A stretch of 39,147 nucleotides of DNA, from NCBI GenBank assembly GCA_035649615.1, contig DASRJF010000409.1, forward strand, positions 1 to 39,147, written 5' to 3'. This stretch comes from Planctomycetota bacterium (GTDB taxonomy: Bacteria; Planctomycetota; MHYJ01; JACPRB01). A program made the position numbers and the translations under genes. Below the pieces are notes generated by a model, which worked only from the letters and a program-made list of their open reading frames with translations, was not told where the DNA came from and made no database searches. Shown one piece after another: positions 14,299 through 23,051 of this stretch; positions within the stretch are counted from its first letter, which is position 1; the number at the start of each line of letters is the position of its first letter.

Positions 14299-16367
14299 CG
14301 TTCGACCGGATGACGGACGGGGTGACGAAGCACCGCGACCTGCTTTTTGTCGCGGGGCTCCTCGGCATCCTGTTCATCGTCTTCGTTCCGATGCCGACGC
14401 CGCTCGTCGACCTCCTGCTCGTGGGGTCGATGGGCCTGTCGATCATGGTCCTCCTCGCGTCGGTCTACGCGAAGGAGCCCGCGGGCTTCTCGGTCCTGCC
14501 CTCGGCGCTCCTGCTCCTGACCGCGTACCGGCTCGCCCTGAACATCGCGACCACGCGCCTCATCCTGGGCACGGCGCACGAGCGGGGCACGTCGGCGGCG
14601 GGCGAAGTCATCCGGGCCTTCGGCGAGTTCGTGGGAGGGCACGACCTCATCGTCGGATTCGTCCTCTTCGCGATCCTGCTGATCGTGAACTTCATCGTCA
14701 TCACGAAGGGCGCGGGTCGCATCTCGGAAGTCGCCGCCCGATTCATGCTCGATGCCATGCCCGGCAAGCAGATGGCCGTGGACACGGACCTGAACTCCGG
14801 GGCCATCGACGAGAAAGAGGCGCGGGCGCGGCGCGCGAAGATCGCCAAGGAGGCCGACTTCTACGGCGCGATGGACGGCGCGACGAAATTCGTCCGGGGC
14901 GACGCCATCGCGGCGGTCCTGATCACGCTGGTCAACATCATCGGGGGCTTCCTGATCGGAACCCTGCGCCACGGCATGCCGCTCTCGGAGGCCCTGCAGA
15001 CCTACACGATCCTGACGATCGGCGAAGGCCTCGTCGCCCAGATCCCCGCCCTGATCGTCTCCCTCGGGGCGGGCCTCATCGTGACGCGCGCCACGACGTC
15101 GTCCGATCTCGGCCGCGATTTCCTCGGCCAGATCTTCTCCGAGCGCAAGGCCGTCGCGATCGCCGCGATTTTCCTCCTGGTTCTCGCGCCGACGGGCCTT
15201 CCGTTCCTGCCGCTCGCGGCGGGAGCGGGCCTGCTCGGCGCGATCGTCTGGACGCTCGGCCGCGGCGCGAAGGCCGCCGAGAAGCGCGAAGCCGACCAGC
15301 GCTCCCTCGACGCCGCCGCGCCTCCCGCCCCGGTGTCGGCGGAGCGGCTGCTGCGCGTGGAGCCGCTGGAGATCGAGGTCGGCCTGGGCCTCGTCCGCCT
15401 CCTCGACGCCGGGTACGGACTCGTCGCCCGCATCGAGGCGCTCCGCCGGGAGCTGGCGGCCGACCTCGGCCTGCTCGTGCCCGCGGCGCGGGTCCGCGAC
15501 ACCCTGGACCTCGAATCGACCCACTACCGGATCCGGCTCCGCGGCGTGACGATCGCGAAAGGCGCCCTCCAGGCGGAACGGCTCCTCGCCGTCGACACGG
15601 GCCGCGTGAGCGGACCCCTCGAGGGACTCGCGACGCGCGATCCGATCCAGGGACGCCCGGCCTTCTGGATTTCGGAAGCCGGGCGATCGGAGGCGGAAGG
15701 GTCGGGCTATCGCGTGAGCGACGCGGTGTCCGTCCTCCACGACCACCTGCGCGACGTGCTGCGTCGGAACGCCGCGGACCTGCTGACGCGGGACGACGTC
15801 ACCGCCCTGGTGAAGTCCCTCAAGGAGGCCCGTCCCGCGGTTGTCGAGGAAGTCGTCCCGGCGGTCGTCCGGCCGGGCGAGCTCCAGAAGGTGCTCCGGA
15901 ACCTGCTCCGCGAGGGGGTCTCGATCCGCGACCTGGGGACGATCCTCGAGACTCTGGGAGATTACGGCCCGCGCACGAAGGACCCCGAGATCCTCACGGA
16001 ATACGTCCGCCAGGGACTGGCCGGAACCCTGTGCGCCCGCCACCTGGATCCGGACGGCCGGCTGTACGTCATCACGCTCGATCCGAAGCTCGAGGACATG
16101 ATCCGGGGCGCGACGGAGCGGAACGAGTCCGGCTCCGTCCTGGCGATCGCGCCGTCGCTCCTGGCCGGCATTACGCAGCGCGTGGGTCGCGAGGTCGACC
16201 GCCTGGTCGCCGCCGGACATGCCGCGGTGATCCTCTGCGCCCCCGCGGTCCGGGCGCAGGTCCGCCGGCTGGCCGACATGATCCAGCCCGGGATCGAGGT
16301 CCTGTCCTTCAACGAGATCCTCAGGGACGTTCGCGTCGAGGCATTGGGAATGGTCACCGCGGAGTGA
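14295..16367 (+). CDS. flhA: Flagellar export gate protein FlhA
   Basis: The ATG at 14295 overlaps the flhB stop (ATGA). 690 aa. FVGGHDLIVGFVLFAILLIVNFIVITKGAGRISEVAARFMLDAMPGKQMAVDTDLNSGAIDE, FYGAMDGATKFVRGDAIA. Large cytoplasmic C-terminal domain. Confidence 0.95.
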   Translation: MTFDRMTDGVTKHRDLLFVAGLLGILFIVFVPMPTPLVDLLLVGSMGLSIMVLLASVYAKEPAGFSVLPSALLLLTAYRLALNIATTRLILGTAHERGTSAAGEVIRAFGEFVGGHDLIVGFVLFAILLIVNFIVITKGAGRISEVAARFMLDAMPGKQMAVDTDLNSGAIDEKEARARRAKIAKEADFYGAMDGATKFVRGDAIAAVLITLVNIIGGFLIGTLRHGMPLSEALQTYTILTIGEGLVAQIPALIVSLGAGLIVTRATTSSDLGRDFLGQIFSERKAVAIAAIFLLVLAPTGLPFLPLAAGAGLLGAIVWTLGRGAKAAEKREADQRSLDAAAPPAPVSAERLLRVEPLEIEVGLGLVRLLDAGYGLVARIEALRRELAADLGLLVPAARVRDTLDLESTHYRIRLRGVTIAKGALQAERLLAVDTGRVSGPLEGLATRDPIQGRPAFWISEAGRSEAEGSGYRVSDAVSVLHDHLRDVLRRNAADLLTRDDVTALVKSLKEARPAVVEEVVPAVVRPGELQKVLRNLLREGVSIRDLGTILETLGDYGPRTKDPEILTEYVRQGLAGTLCARHLDPDGRLYVITLDPKLEDMIRGATERNESGSVLAIAPSLLAGITQRVGREVDRLVAAGHAAVILCAPAVRAQVRRLADMIQPGIEVLSFNEILRDVRVEALGMVTAE

Positions 16368-16370
16368 TTG

Positions 16371-17492
16371 ATGCTCATCAAGAAATACGCCGGGGCGAAT
16401 GAGAAGGCCGTGCTCGCGCGCGTCCGCGCCGATCTCGGTCCGGACGCGGTGATCCTCCACTCGAGCCTGGTCCGCCCCGCGGGGCTGGCCCGGCTTTTCC
16501 GGGGGCCGCGGTTCGAGGTCGTCGCGGGCGGCGGCTTCCGCATCGTGCGCGACTACCCGAACGGATCGCCGCCGGTCTCGCCCCCGACGATCCGGAGGGG
16601 CGCGGCGGCGCCGGCGATCTCTCCCGAGCAGCTCCAGAAGGAGATTTCGGAGATCAAGGCGATGATCGCCCGTCGCGCGCGCGCGGCGGCCCTCACGTCG
16701 GCCACGCCCGAGCTCCACGAGGAGTTCGCGGCGCTCTCGACCGCCCGGGTGTCGGACGACCTGGCGCGATCGCTGTTCCAGCGGATCACGGAGCGCCTCT
16801 CCGCCGCCGCCCTCCGCGACCGGACGGCCATCCGGGAGGCGATCCGCGGCGCGGTGAAGGCGTCGATCAAGTGCGCCGACGGCATCGCCCTCCAGCCGGG
16901 CCGGTGCGTCAAGGTCGCCTTCATCGGCCCCACGGGCGTCGGCAAGACGACGACGATCGCCAAGCTGATCTCGATCTACGCCTACCGGGGACAGGAAGTC
17001 GCGGTCGTGACGAACGACACCTACCGGATCGCGGCCTCCGAGCAGATCAAGCGCGTGGCCCAGCTCGTGGGCGTCCCCGTCCGCGTCTGCCGCACGGGGC
17101 CCGAGATGACGGAGGCCGTGCAGGGCTTCTCGGACCGGGACCTGGTCCTCATCGACACCGCCGGCCGCAGCCAGAAGGACGACGGGAAGATCGACGACCT
17201 GTGCGCCACGCTCAAGTCGGCCGCGCCCGACGAGGTCCACCTGGTCCTCAGCTCGACGACGAACTCCGAGACGCTCGTGGACACCGTGAAGCGCTTCTCG
17301 CCCTGCGGCTTCACCAAGATCGTCATCACGAAGCTCGACGAGGCGATGAAAGTCGGGCTCGTCCTGGACGTCCTGTCGAAGGTCGACAAGCGCCTGTCGT
17401 TCATCACGACCGGGCAGGAGATTCCCCGCGACATCGAGATCGCGGACAGCGACCGCATGACGTCGCTGATCCTCGGGGAGGAGACGCTGTGA
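16371..17492 (+). CDS. flhF: Flagellar SRP-type GTPase FlhF
   Basis: ATG at 16371 (the track start at 16368 is TTG). G-motifs FIGPTGVGKTTTIAKL, LIDTAGRS, ITKLDE. Follows flhA. Confidence 0.9.
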   Translation: MLIKKYAGANEKAVLARVRADLGPDAVILHSSLVRPAGLARLFRGPRFEVVAGGGFRIVRDYPNGSPPVSPPTIRRGAAAPAISPEQLQKEISEIKAMIARRARAAALTSATPELHEEFAALSTARVSDDLARSLFQRITERLSAAALRDRTAIREAIRGAVKASIKCADGIALQPGRCVKVAFIGPTGVGKTTTIAKLISIYAYRGQEVAVVTNDTYRIAASEQIKRVAQLVGVPVRVCRTGPEMTEAVQGFSDRDLVLIDTAGRSQKDDGKIDDLCATLKSAAPDEVHLVLSSTTNSETLVDTVKRFSPCGFTKIVITKLDEAMKVGLVLDVLSKVDKRLSFITTGQEIPRDIEIADSDRMTSLILGEETL

Positions 17493-18412
17493 ATCCCTCC
17501 ACGGTGGCCCGTCGCGACTTCGGCAAGATCGTTCCCGCCGAACCCGATCGCAATGCCGCGCGCGACCAGGCCGACGGCCTGCGCCGGATCTCGGGATTCC
17601 GCCGGCGCGCGGCGCGCGTCCTGGCCGTGACCAGCGGCAAGGGCGGCGTGGGGAAGACGAATCTCTCCGTCAATCTCGGCCTCGCGCTCGCCGCGACGGG
17701 GAGCCGGGTCGTGATCGTGGACCTCGATCTCGGCCTCGCCAACGCGGACATCCTGTTCGACATCGCGACCCGGTACAACCTGGCCGACGTGATCTCCGGC
17801 CGCCGGTCGTTGGACGAGGTGCTGGTCCAGGCGGCCCCGGGGCTGCGGATCGTGCCGGGCGCGTCGGGCGTCGAGCGGCTGGCCAACCTGGGCGAGGCGG
17901 AGCGGCAGGCCCTCGTGGCCGGGCTCGATTCGCTCTGCGCGGACGCCGACTTCGTGATCTGCGACACCGGCGCGGGGATCTCGCGGAACACGACGTCGTT
18001 CCTCGCCGCGGCCGACGAGGTGCTGATCGTCACGACGCCGGAGCCGACGGCCGTCGTCGACGCGTACGCGGTCATCAAGCTCATCGCCCTGTCGGGCGAC
18101 CACGGCGACCTCGGCCTGGTGATCAACATGGCGGAAAACGCGGAGGAGGCGCGGCGGTTCTCGCACGGGATCGCGATCACGGCGAACAAGCTCCTTAACG
18201 CGTACGTGGCGGAGCTCGGGTTCATCCTGCGCGACCCGAACGTGGCGCAGTCCGTGCGGAAGCGCCGGCCGGTCTTCCTCGAGCATCCCCATTCGCCGGC
18301 CAGCCGGGGGATCCGGGACCTGGCGTCGCGGATCGTGGCCGGGGCCGCGCCCGGGGCGGGCGGGGAGCGCGTGAGTTTCGTGCGGAGGCTGCTGGGGGCG
18401 CTGGGGCGGTGA
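17489..18412 (+). CDS. flhG: MinD/ParA-type ATPase FlhG (FleN/YlxH)
   Basis: The GTG at 17489 overlaps the flhF stop (GTGA). Deviant Walker A LAVTSGKGGVGKTNLSVNLG, VVIVDLDLGLANADILF, FVICDTGAGIS. Follows flhF. Confidence 0.85.
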   Translation: MNPSTVARRDFGKIVPAEPDRNAARDQADGLRRISGFRRRAARVLAVTSGKGGVGKTNLSVNLGLALAATGSRVVIVDLDLGLANADILFDIATRYNLADVISGRRSLDEVLVQAAPGLRIVPGASGVERLANLGEAERQALVAGLDSLCADADFVICDTGAGISRNTTSFLAAADEVLIVTTPEPTAVVDAYAVIKLIALSGDHGDLGLVINMAENAEEARRFSHGIAITANKLLNAYVAELGFILRDPNVAQSVRKRRPVFLEHPHSPASRGIRDLASRIVAGAAPGAGGERVSFVRRLLGALGR

Positions 18413-18416
18413 AGTC

Positions 18417-18662
18417 ATGGAGAAGAAGCTCGGCGCCATCCTGGGGATTCTCGCGGCGGCCGCGGTGATCTTCGCGGGGGTGTCGCACGGCGTGCCGGCC
18501 GGGGAGACGCTCGTGCGGGCCGCGGTGGCGTTCGCGGCGGGGGGGCTGGTCGGCTGGCTGGTCTTCGGCAAGCTCGGGGCGGCATTGATGCGGGAGGCGG
18601 CGGGTTCGGAACGCAAGGATTCCGAAGGATCTGGAACGGAAAACGGTGAACGCAACGGTTGA
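18417..18662 (+). CDS. Small two-TM membrane protein, unknown function
   Basis: 81 aa: LGAILGILAAAAVIFAGV and AVAFAAGGLVGWLVFGKLGAAL, with a charged Gly/Ser/Glu tail. Lies between flhG and fliA. Its 3' end runs into an ACGG-heptamer array. Confidence 0.45.
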   Translation: MEKKLGAILGILAAAAVIFAGVSHGVPAGETLVRAAVAFAAGGLVGWLVFGKLGAALMREAAGSERKDSEGSGTENGERNG

Positions 18663-18689
18663 CGGCCAACGGTAAACGGCGGACGGCAG
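18634..18689. repeat. Heptamer tandem array (ACGGNNN x about 8)
   Basis: gaacgga aaacggt gaacgca acggttg acggcca acggtaa acggcgg acggcag. It spans the stop of the 18417..18662 ORF and the fliA leader. Confidence 0.8.
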
Positions 18690-18705
18690 AGGGGGGGAAA
18701 CCAAC

Positions 18706-19482
18706 ATGGCTCTGGTGACGAAACGGCCGAAGGAAGAGCTGACGCGCCTCTGGGGTGAGTTCAAGCGCGGCGGCGACGTGGCGATCCGGAACATCCTCGC
18801 GGAGGAGTACCTTCCGATCGTCAAGTACGTGGCCGACCGCATGATCGAGCGGTTGCCGCACAACGTCCAGGTCGAGGACCTGTGCGGGTCCGGGATGTTC
18901 GGGCTGCTCGACGCGATCGACAAGTTCGACATGTCGCGCGGCGTGAAGTTCGAGACGTACTGCGTGGGCCGCATCCGGGGCTCGATCCTGGACGACCTGC
19001 GGAACATGGACTGGGTGCCGCGCCTCACCCGCGCGCGCTCGAACAAGCTCGAGGCCGCGTACGTCAAGCTGGAGCGCGAGCTCGGCCGCGCCCCGACCGA
19101 CGTCGAGGTCTCCCGCGAGATGAAGATCTCGATCGAGGAGCTCGACAGCCTCCACCGCGAGGTGAGCGGCGCCTCGATGATCCCGATCGTCCACCGCCCC
19201 CTCGAGAAGGAGCAGGAGCCGCTCGGCGTCGACGTCATGGAGGATCCGCGGGTCGAGGGCCCCCTCTCCGACTCCGCGAAGCGCGACTTCCTCGAGTTCT
19301 GCCACAAGAAGCTGTCGACGAAGGAGCGGAACATCCTGAGCCTGTACTACTACGACGATTTGACACTCAAGGAGATCGGCCGTATTTTGGGCCTCTCGGA
19401 ATCGCGCGTGTGCCAGCTGCATGCGAAGCTCGTCACCCGGTTGAGAGCCTACCTGGCCCGATCCCAAGGAGAATCCAGCTAG
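18706..19482 (+). CDS. fliA: Flagellar sigma factor FliA (sigma-28, FliA/WhiG family)
   Basis: Region 2 YLPIVKYVADRM...EDLCGSGMFGLLDAIDKFDMSRGVKFETYCVGRIRGSILDDLR. Region 4 LSTKERNILSLYYYDDLTLKEIGRILGLSESRVCQLHAKLVTRLR. RBS gaggggggg upstream. Confidence 0.9.
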   Translation: MALVTKRPKEELTRLWGEFKRGGDVAIRNILAEEYLPIVKYVADRMIERLPHNVQVEDLCGSGMFGLLDAIDKFDMSRGVKFETYCVGRIRGSILDDLRNMDWVPRLTRARSNKLEAAYVKLERELGRAPTDVEVSREMKISIEELDSLHREVSGASMIPIVHRPLEKEQEPLGVDVMEDPRVEGPLSDSAKRDFLEFCHKKLSTKERNILSLYYYDDLTLKEIGRILGLSESRVCQLHAKLVTRLRAYLARSQGESS

Positions 19483-19490
19483 GTATCGAC

Positions 19491-19610
19491 GAGTCCTGGG
19501 TTCAAGGTCCAAGGTGATTCAAGGTCCATCGTCCTGCGTCGTTCAAAGTCGACATTGGACCGACCTTGGATTCCGGACCTTGGATAACTTTGGACTCAGG
19601 ACCAAGGACT
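19491..19610. repeat. Heptamer-periodic imperfect inverted repeat (GTTCAAG/GTCCAAG facing CTTGGAN), GGA-dense on the plus strand
   Basis: gagtcctgggttcaaggtccaaggtgattcaaggtccatcgtcctgcgtcgttcaaagtc ... ttggaccgaccttggattccggaccttggataactttggactcaggaccaaggact. Shares gagtcctgggt and tcctgcgtc with the 8975-9069 repeat. Confidence 0.9.
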
Positions 19611-19631
19611 TCTGCGCATAGACTAGCGGCC

Positions 19632-20432
19632 ATGCGCCTCTTGCTCACGAACGACGACGGCGTCGCGGCGGACGGCCTGGTCGCGCTGGAGCGCGAGCTC
19701 CGTCCGCTCGGCGAGATCTGGATCGTCGCGCCGGAGCGCCAGCAGAGCGGCGTCAGCCACTCGCTGACGATCTACAAGCCTCTCCTCGTGCGCGAAGCCG
19801 CCCACCCGTACTCGCGGGCGTTCGCCGTCGACGGGACGCCCGCGGACTGCGTCAAGCTCGCCCTCGTGGAGCTCCTCGACGAGCCGCCCGACGTGGTCGT
19901 CAGCGGGATCAACTTCGGCCTCAACGTCGCCAACAACATCCTGTACTCCGGGACGCTCGCGGGAGCGCTCGAGGGGGCGCTGTACGGGCATCCCTCGTTC
20001 GCCGTGTCGCTGGAGGCGAGTCCCGAGCCCCAGTGGGGGGTCGCCGCCCGCATCGCGCGGCGGATGATCGAGACGATCCTCCCGAAGCACAAGGGAAAGG
20101 CCGGCGTCTTCAACATCAACGTCCCGGCCCGGGCGGCCGCGGCCATCAAGGGGACGCTCGTGACGCGGCAGGAGGGCCTGCCGTGGCAGGACGCGTTCGA
20201 CCGGCGGGAGGACCCGCGCGGCCGCGTCTACTACTGGCTCAAGGGGACGCCCGAGCGGAACTACAAGTCGCGCCCGACGACCGAGAACGGCCACACCCCG
20301 ACCGACGCGTTCGCCGTCCGGAACGGCTACGTCTCGGTGACGCCGCTCCATCGCGACCTGACGAACCACCACCTGCTGGCGGATCTGGGCAAGCTCGCGA
20401 AGGGGTTTCCGGTCCGTCGTCGCAAGTCCTGA
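19632..20432 (+). CDS. surE: 5'/3'-nucleotidase SurE
   Basis: The ATG at 19632 gives MRLLLTNDDGVAADGL. Also WIVAPERQQSGVSHSLT, DGTPADCVKLAL, VVSGINFGLNVANNILYSGTLAGALEG, TDAFAVRNGYVSVTPL. Confidence 0.9.
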   Translation: MRLLLTNDDGVAADGLVALERELRPLGEIWIVAPERQQSGVSHSLTIYKPLLVREAAHPYSRAFAVDGTPADCVKLALVELLDEPPDVVVSGINFGLNVANNILYSGTLAGALEGALYGHPSFAVSLEASPEPQWGVAARIARRMIETILPKHKGKAGVFNINVPARAAAAIKGTLVTRQEGLPWQDAFDRREDPRGRVYYWLKGTPERNYKSRPTTENGHTPTDAFAVRNGYVSVTPLHRDLTNHHLLADLGKLAKGFPVRRRKS

Positions 20433-20454
20433 TCGTCTGTTAGACTCCGCCTTC

Positions 20455-21594
20455 ATGTCCTGGTTCGAACCCTGGATCGCCCGCGCCGTCGCGGACCTGG
20501 CTTCGTCCCGCCTTCTCCGCGACCCGAAGGTCGTCGAGAGCGTCCGGGGACCGTTCGTCACCATCGGCGGCCGGGAAGTGCTCTCCTTCTGCTCGAACGA
20601 CTACCTCGGCCTTTCGCAACACGAGCGATTGACGTCGGCGGTTCGGGCCGGGTCCCGGTGGGGCGCGGGGTCGTCGCGCCTCATGGCGGGAACGACAGCC
20701 GCCCATCGCGAGTTGGAGAGGGCGATCGCCCGGTTCCTGGGGACCGAGTCGGCCCTCTGCTTCGCTTCCGGGGCGGCGGCCAACGCGGGGCTTCTCACGT
20801 CGATCGCCGATGCCGGGACGCTCGTGCTCTCCGACGAGCTCAACCACGCGAGCGTCGTGGATGCGTGCCGCCTGTCGAAGGCGCAGGTGAAGGTCTATCC
20901 CCACGCGGACGCGGAGGCGGCCGGGAAGATCCTGGCGTCGGAGGCGGCGTCTCGGAAACTGATCTTCACCGACACCGTCTTCAGCATGGACGGCGACCTC
21001 GCGCCGCTGGCCGCGCTGCGGAAGGCGGCCGACCTCCACGGGGCGGAGTTGATCGTCGACGACGCGCACGGCTTCGGAGTGCTGGGGCAGTCCGGACGCG
21101 GCGCCGTGGAGCTGGCCGGTGTCGAAGTCGCCGCGCGAACCGCGAACCTCTCGAAAGCGGCGGGTTCGATCGGCGGATTCGTGGCGGGCTCGGCCGATCT
21201 CGTGCGGTTGATGGAATCGAAGGCGCGGTCGTACATCTACACGACCGCGTCGCCCCCCGCGGTGGCCGAAGCGGGGCAGGCGGCGGTCGGGCTCGTCCGG
21301 GAGGCGCACGCCGCGCGTCGCCGGGCGCTCGCCTTAGCAGATCGCCTCGCGCGGGGCATCCGCTCCTTGGGCTACGCCGTCCGCGAATCGCCCGCGCCTT
21401 TCCTGCCGGTTGTCCTGGGTTCCGAGGAGCGTGCGCTCGAAGTCGCGGGAGACTTGTGGGAAAAGGGTTTCCTCGTCCCCGCCATCCGTCCGCCGACGGT
21501 GCCGAAGGGGACCTGCCGCCTGCGGATCTCGGTCACCGCCCTTCACAACGAGGAGCACGTCGATGCGCTCGTCTCGGCGCTCCCGAAGCGCTGA
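20455..21594 (+). CDS. bioF: 8-amino-7-oxononanoate synthase (class-II aminotransferase, BioF-like)
   Basis: LSFCSNDYLGLS, ALCFASGAAANAGLL, LIFTDTVFSMDGDLAPL, IVDDAHGFGVLG, PLP-lysine context NLSKAAGSIGGF, TCRLRISVTALH. bioA is adjacent, which supports bioF over kbl. Confidence 0.8.
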   Translation: MSWFEPWIARAVADLASSRLLRDPKVVESVRGPFVTIGGREVLSFCSNDYLGLSQHERLTSAVRAGSRWGAGSSRLMAGTTAAHRELERAIARFLGTESALCFASGAAANAGLLTSIADAGTLVLSDELNHASVVDACRLSKAQVKVYPHADAEAAGKILASEAASRKLIFTDTVFSMDGDLAPLAALRKAADLHGAELIVDDAHGFGVLGQSGRGAVELAGVEVAARTANLSKAAGSIGGFVAGSADLVRLMESKARSYIYTTASPPAVAEAGQAAVGLVREAHAARRRALALADRLARGIRSLGYAVRESPAPFLPVVLGSEERALEVAGDLWEKGFLVPAIRPPTVPKGTCRLRISVTALHNEEHVDALVSALPKR

Positions 21595-22927
21595 ATGGAG
21601 GGCCCGGGACCGCAAGGTCCTCTGGCATCCCTTCACTCAACACACCGCGTGGGATGAAGAGGACTTCCCGGTCATCGATCGGGCGCAGGGGTCGTGGCTG
21701 TTTGATCTCGATGGAAAAAAGTACCTCGACGGCGTGTCGTCGATGTGGTGCACCGCGGCGGGGCATCTCCATCCGAAAGTTGTCCGGGCCATCTCGCGCC
21801 AGCTTCGGAAGCTCGACCACGCGACGTTTCTCGGGCTGACGAACGTTCCGGCCATCCAGCTCGCGGAGAAGCTGCTGGCGAAGGCGCCGCGCGGGCTCGC
21901 GCGCGTCTTCTATTCCGACAACGGGTCGACGGCGGTCGAGATCGCGCTCAAGATGGCGCTGCAGTATTGGGCGCAGACCGGCCGGCCCGCGCGGACGAAG
22001 TTCATCTCGCTCTCGGAGGCCTACCACGGGGACACGGCCGGGGCGATGAGCGTCGGGGGCGTCGACGTCTTCCTGGATGCCTACCGGCCGCTCCTCTTTC
22101 CCACGATCAAGGCGCCCACGACTTACAGCTATCGGTGCACCAAGGCTTCGACGCTCGACGCGTGCGCGGCTCATTGCGTCGAGGATCTTCGATCGCTGCT
22201 GGATCGACATGCGGACGAGGTCGCCGGGGTAGTCATGGAGCCGGTGGTCCAGGGGGCGGGGGGGATGATCGTCCAGCCGTCGGGGTTCGTGAAGTCGGTC
22301 GAGGAGTTGTGCCGGAAGCACGACACGTTCCTGATCCTCGACGAAGTGATGACGGGGTTCGGCCGGACGGGGACGTTTTTCGCGTGCGAGCAGGACGGCG
22401 TCCGCCCCGACCTGATGGCGATCTCCAAGGGGCTGACGGGCGGCTTCATGCCGCTGGCGGCGACCCTGGCCACGAAGCGGATCTTCGAGGGATTCCTGGG
22501 CGAGGTGAAGGATCGCCAGGCGCTCTACCACGGTCACACGTACACCGGCAACCCGCTCGGCTGCGCGGCGGCGTTGGCGACGCTGGAGGCCTTCGAAGGG
22601 GACCGGATTCTCGAGAAGCTGCCTCCGAAGATTGAGGCGCTCCGGAAGGGTCTGCGTCCCCTGGAGGATCATCCGAACGTGGGGGAGATCCGCCAGCGCG
22701 GCCTCCTGGCGGGGATCGAATTGGTGGCGAACCGCAAGACTCGCGAGTCATTCCCGTATGAGAAGCGGACCGGTCATCGCGTAATCCTGGAGGCTCGGAA
22801 GCGAGGAGCGATCCTCCGTCCACTCGGGGATGTGATAGTTGTCATGCCACCTTTGACGACAACGCTCACGGACCTTCGACGCCTGACAAATATTGTCGTC
22901 GGATCAGTTCGAGCCCGCGTGATTTGA
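21563..22927 (+). CDS. bioA: Adenosylmethionine-8-amino-7-oxononanoate aminotransferase BioA
   Basis: The only in-frame start upstream of the conserved LWHPFTQH is the ATG at 21563 (32-nt overlap with bioF). Also YLDGVSSMWCTAAGH, VFYSDNGSTAVEIALKMA, AYHGDTAGAMSVGG, LILDEVMTGFGRTG, ISKGLTGGFMPLAAT. Confidence 0.9.
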   Translation: MRSSRRSRSAEWRARDRKVLWHPFTQHTAWDEEDFPVIDRAQGSWLFDLDGKKYLDGVSSMWCTAAGHLHPKVVRAISRQLRKLDHATFLGLTNVPAIQLAEKLLAKAPRGLARVFYSDNGSTAVEIALKMALQYWAQTGRPARTKFISLSEAYHGDTAGAMSVGGVDVFLDAYRPLLFPTIKAPTTYSYRCTKASTLDACAAHCVEDLRSLLDRHADEVAGVVMEPVVQGAGGMIVQPSGFVKSVEELCRKHDTFLILDEVMTGFGRTGTFFACEQDGVRPDLMAISKGLTGGFMPLAATLATKRIFEGFLGEVKDRQALYHGHTYTGNPLGCAAALATLEAFEGDRILEKLPPKIEALRKGLRPLEDHPNVGEIRQRGLLAGIELVANRKTRESFPYEKRTGHRVILEARKRGAILRPLGDVIVVMPPLTTTLTDLRRLTNIVVGSVRARVI

Positions 22928-23012
22928 CTTCCACTGGCGGAGCAGTGGGTCCTATAAGTCTGATACTCACGTCCGATAAGGCCGCTACCGTTGCGCTGTC
23001 TACCGTGGCCGG

Positions 23013-23051
23013 AAACAAAAAGAGCCGCGCCTGATCCATCAAGCGCGGCTC
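23013..23051 (-). terminator. Intrinsic-terminator-like hairpin (minus strand) in the left island junction
   Basis: gagccgcgc (23022-23030) / gcgcggctc (23043-23051): a perfect 9-bp stem with a 12-nt loop. On the minus strand it is followed by TTTTTGTTT (complement of 23013-23021). Confidence 0.45.

Noticed and set aside
13452-17240. 1262-aa minus-strand ORF antisense to flhB-flhA-flhF
   Set aside because: Same reasoning: a low-complexity Arg/Asp/Gly-rich translation that fully overlaps unmistakable flhA and flhF coding sequence on the other strand.
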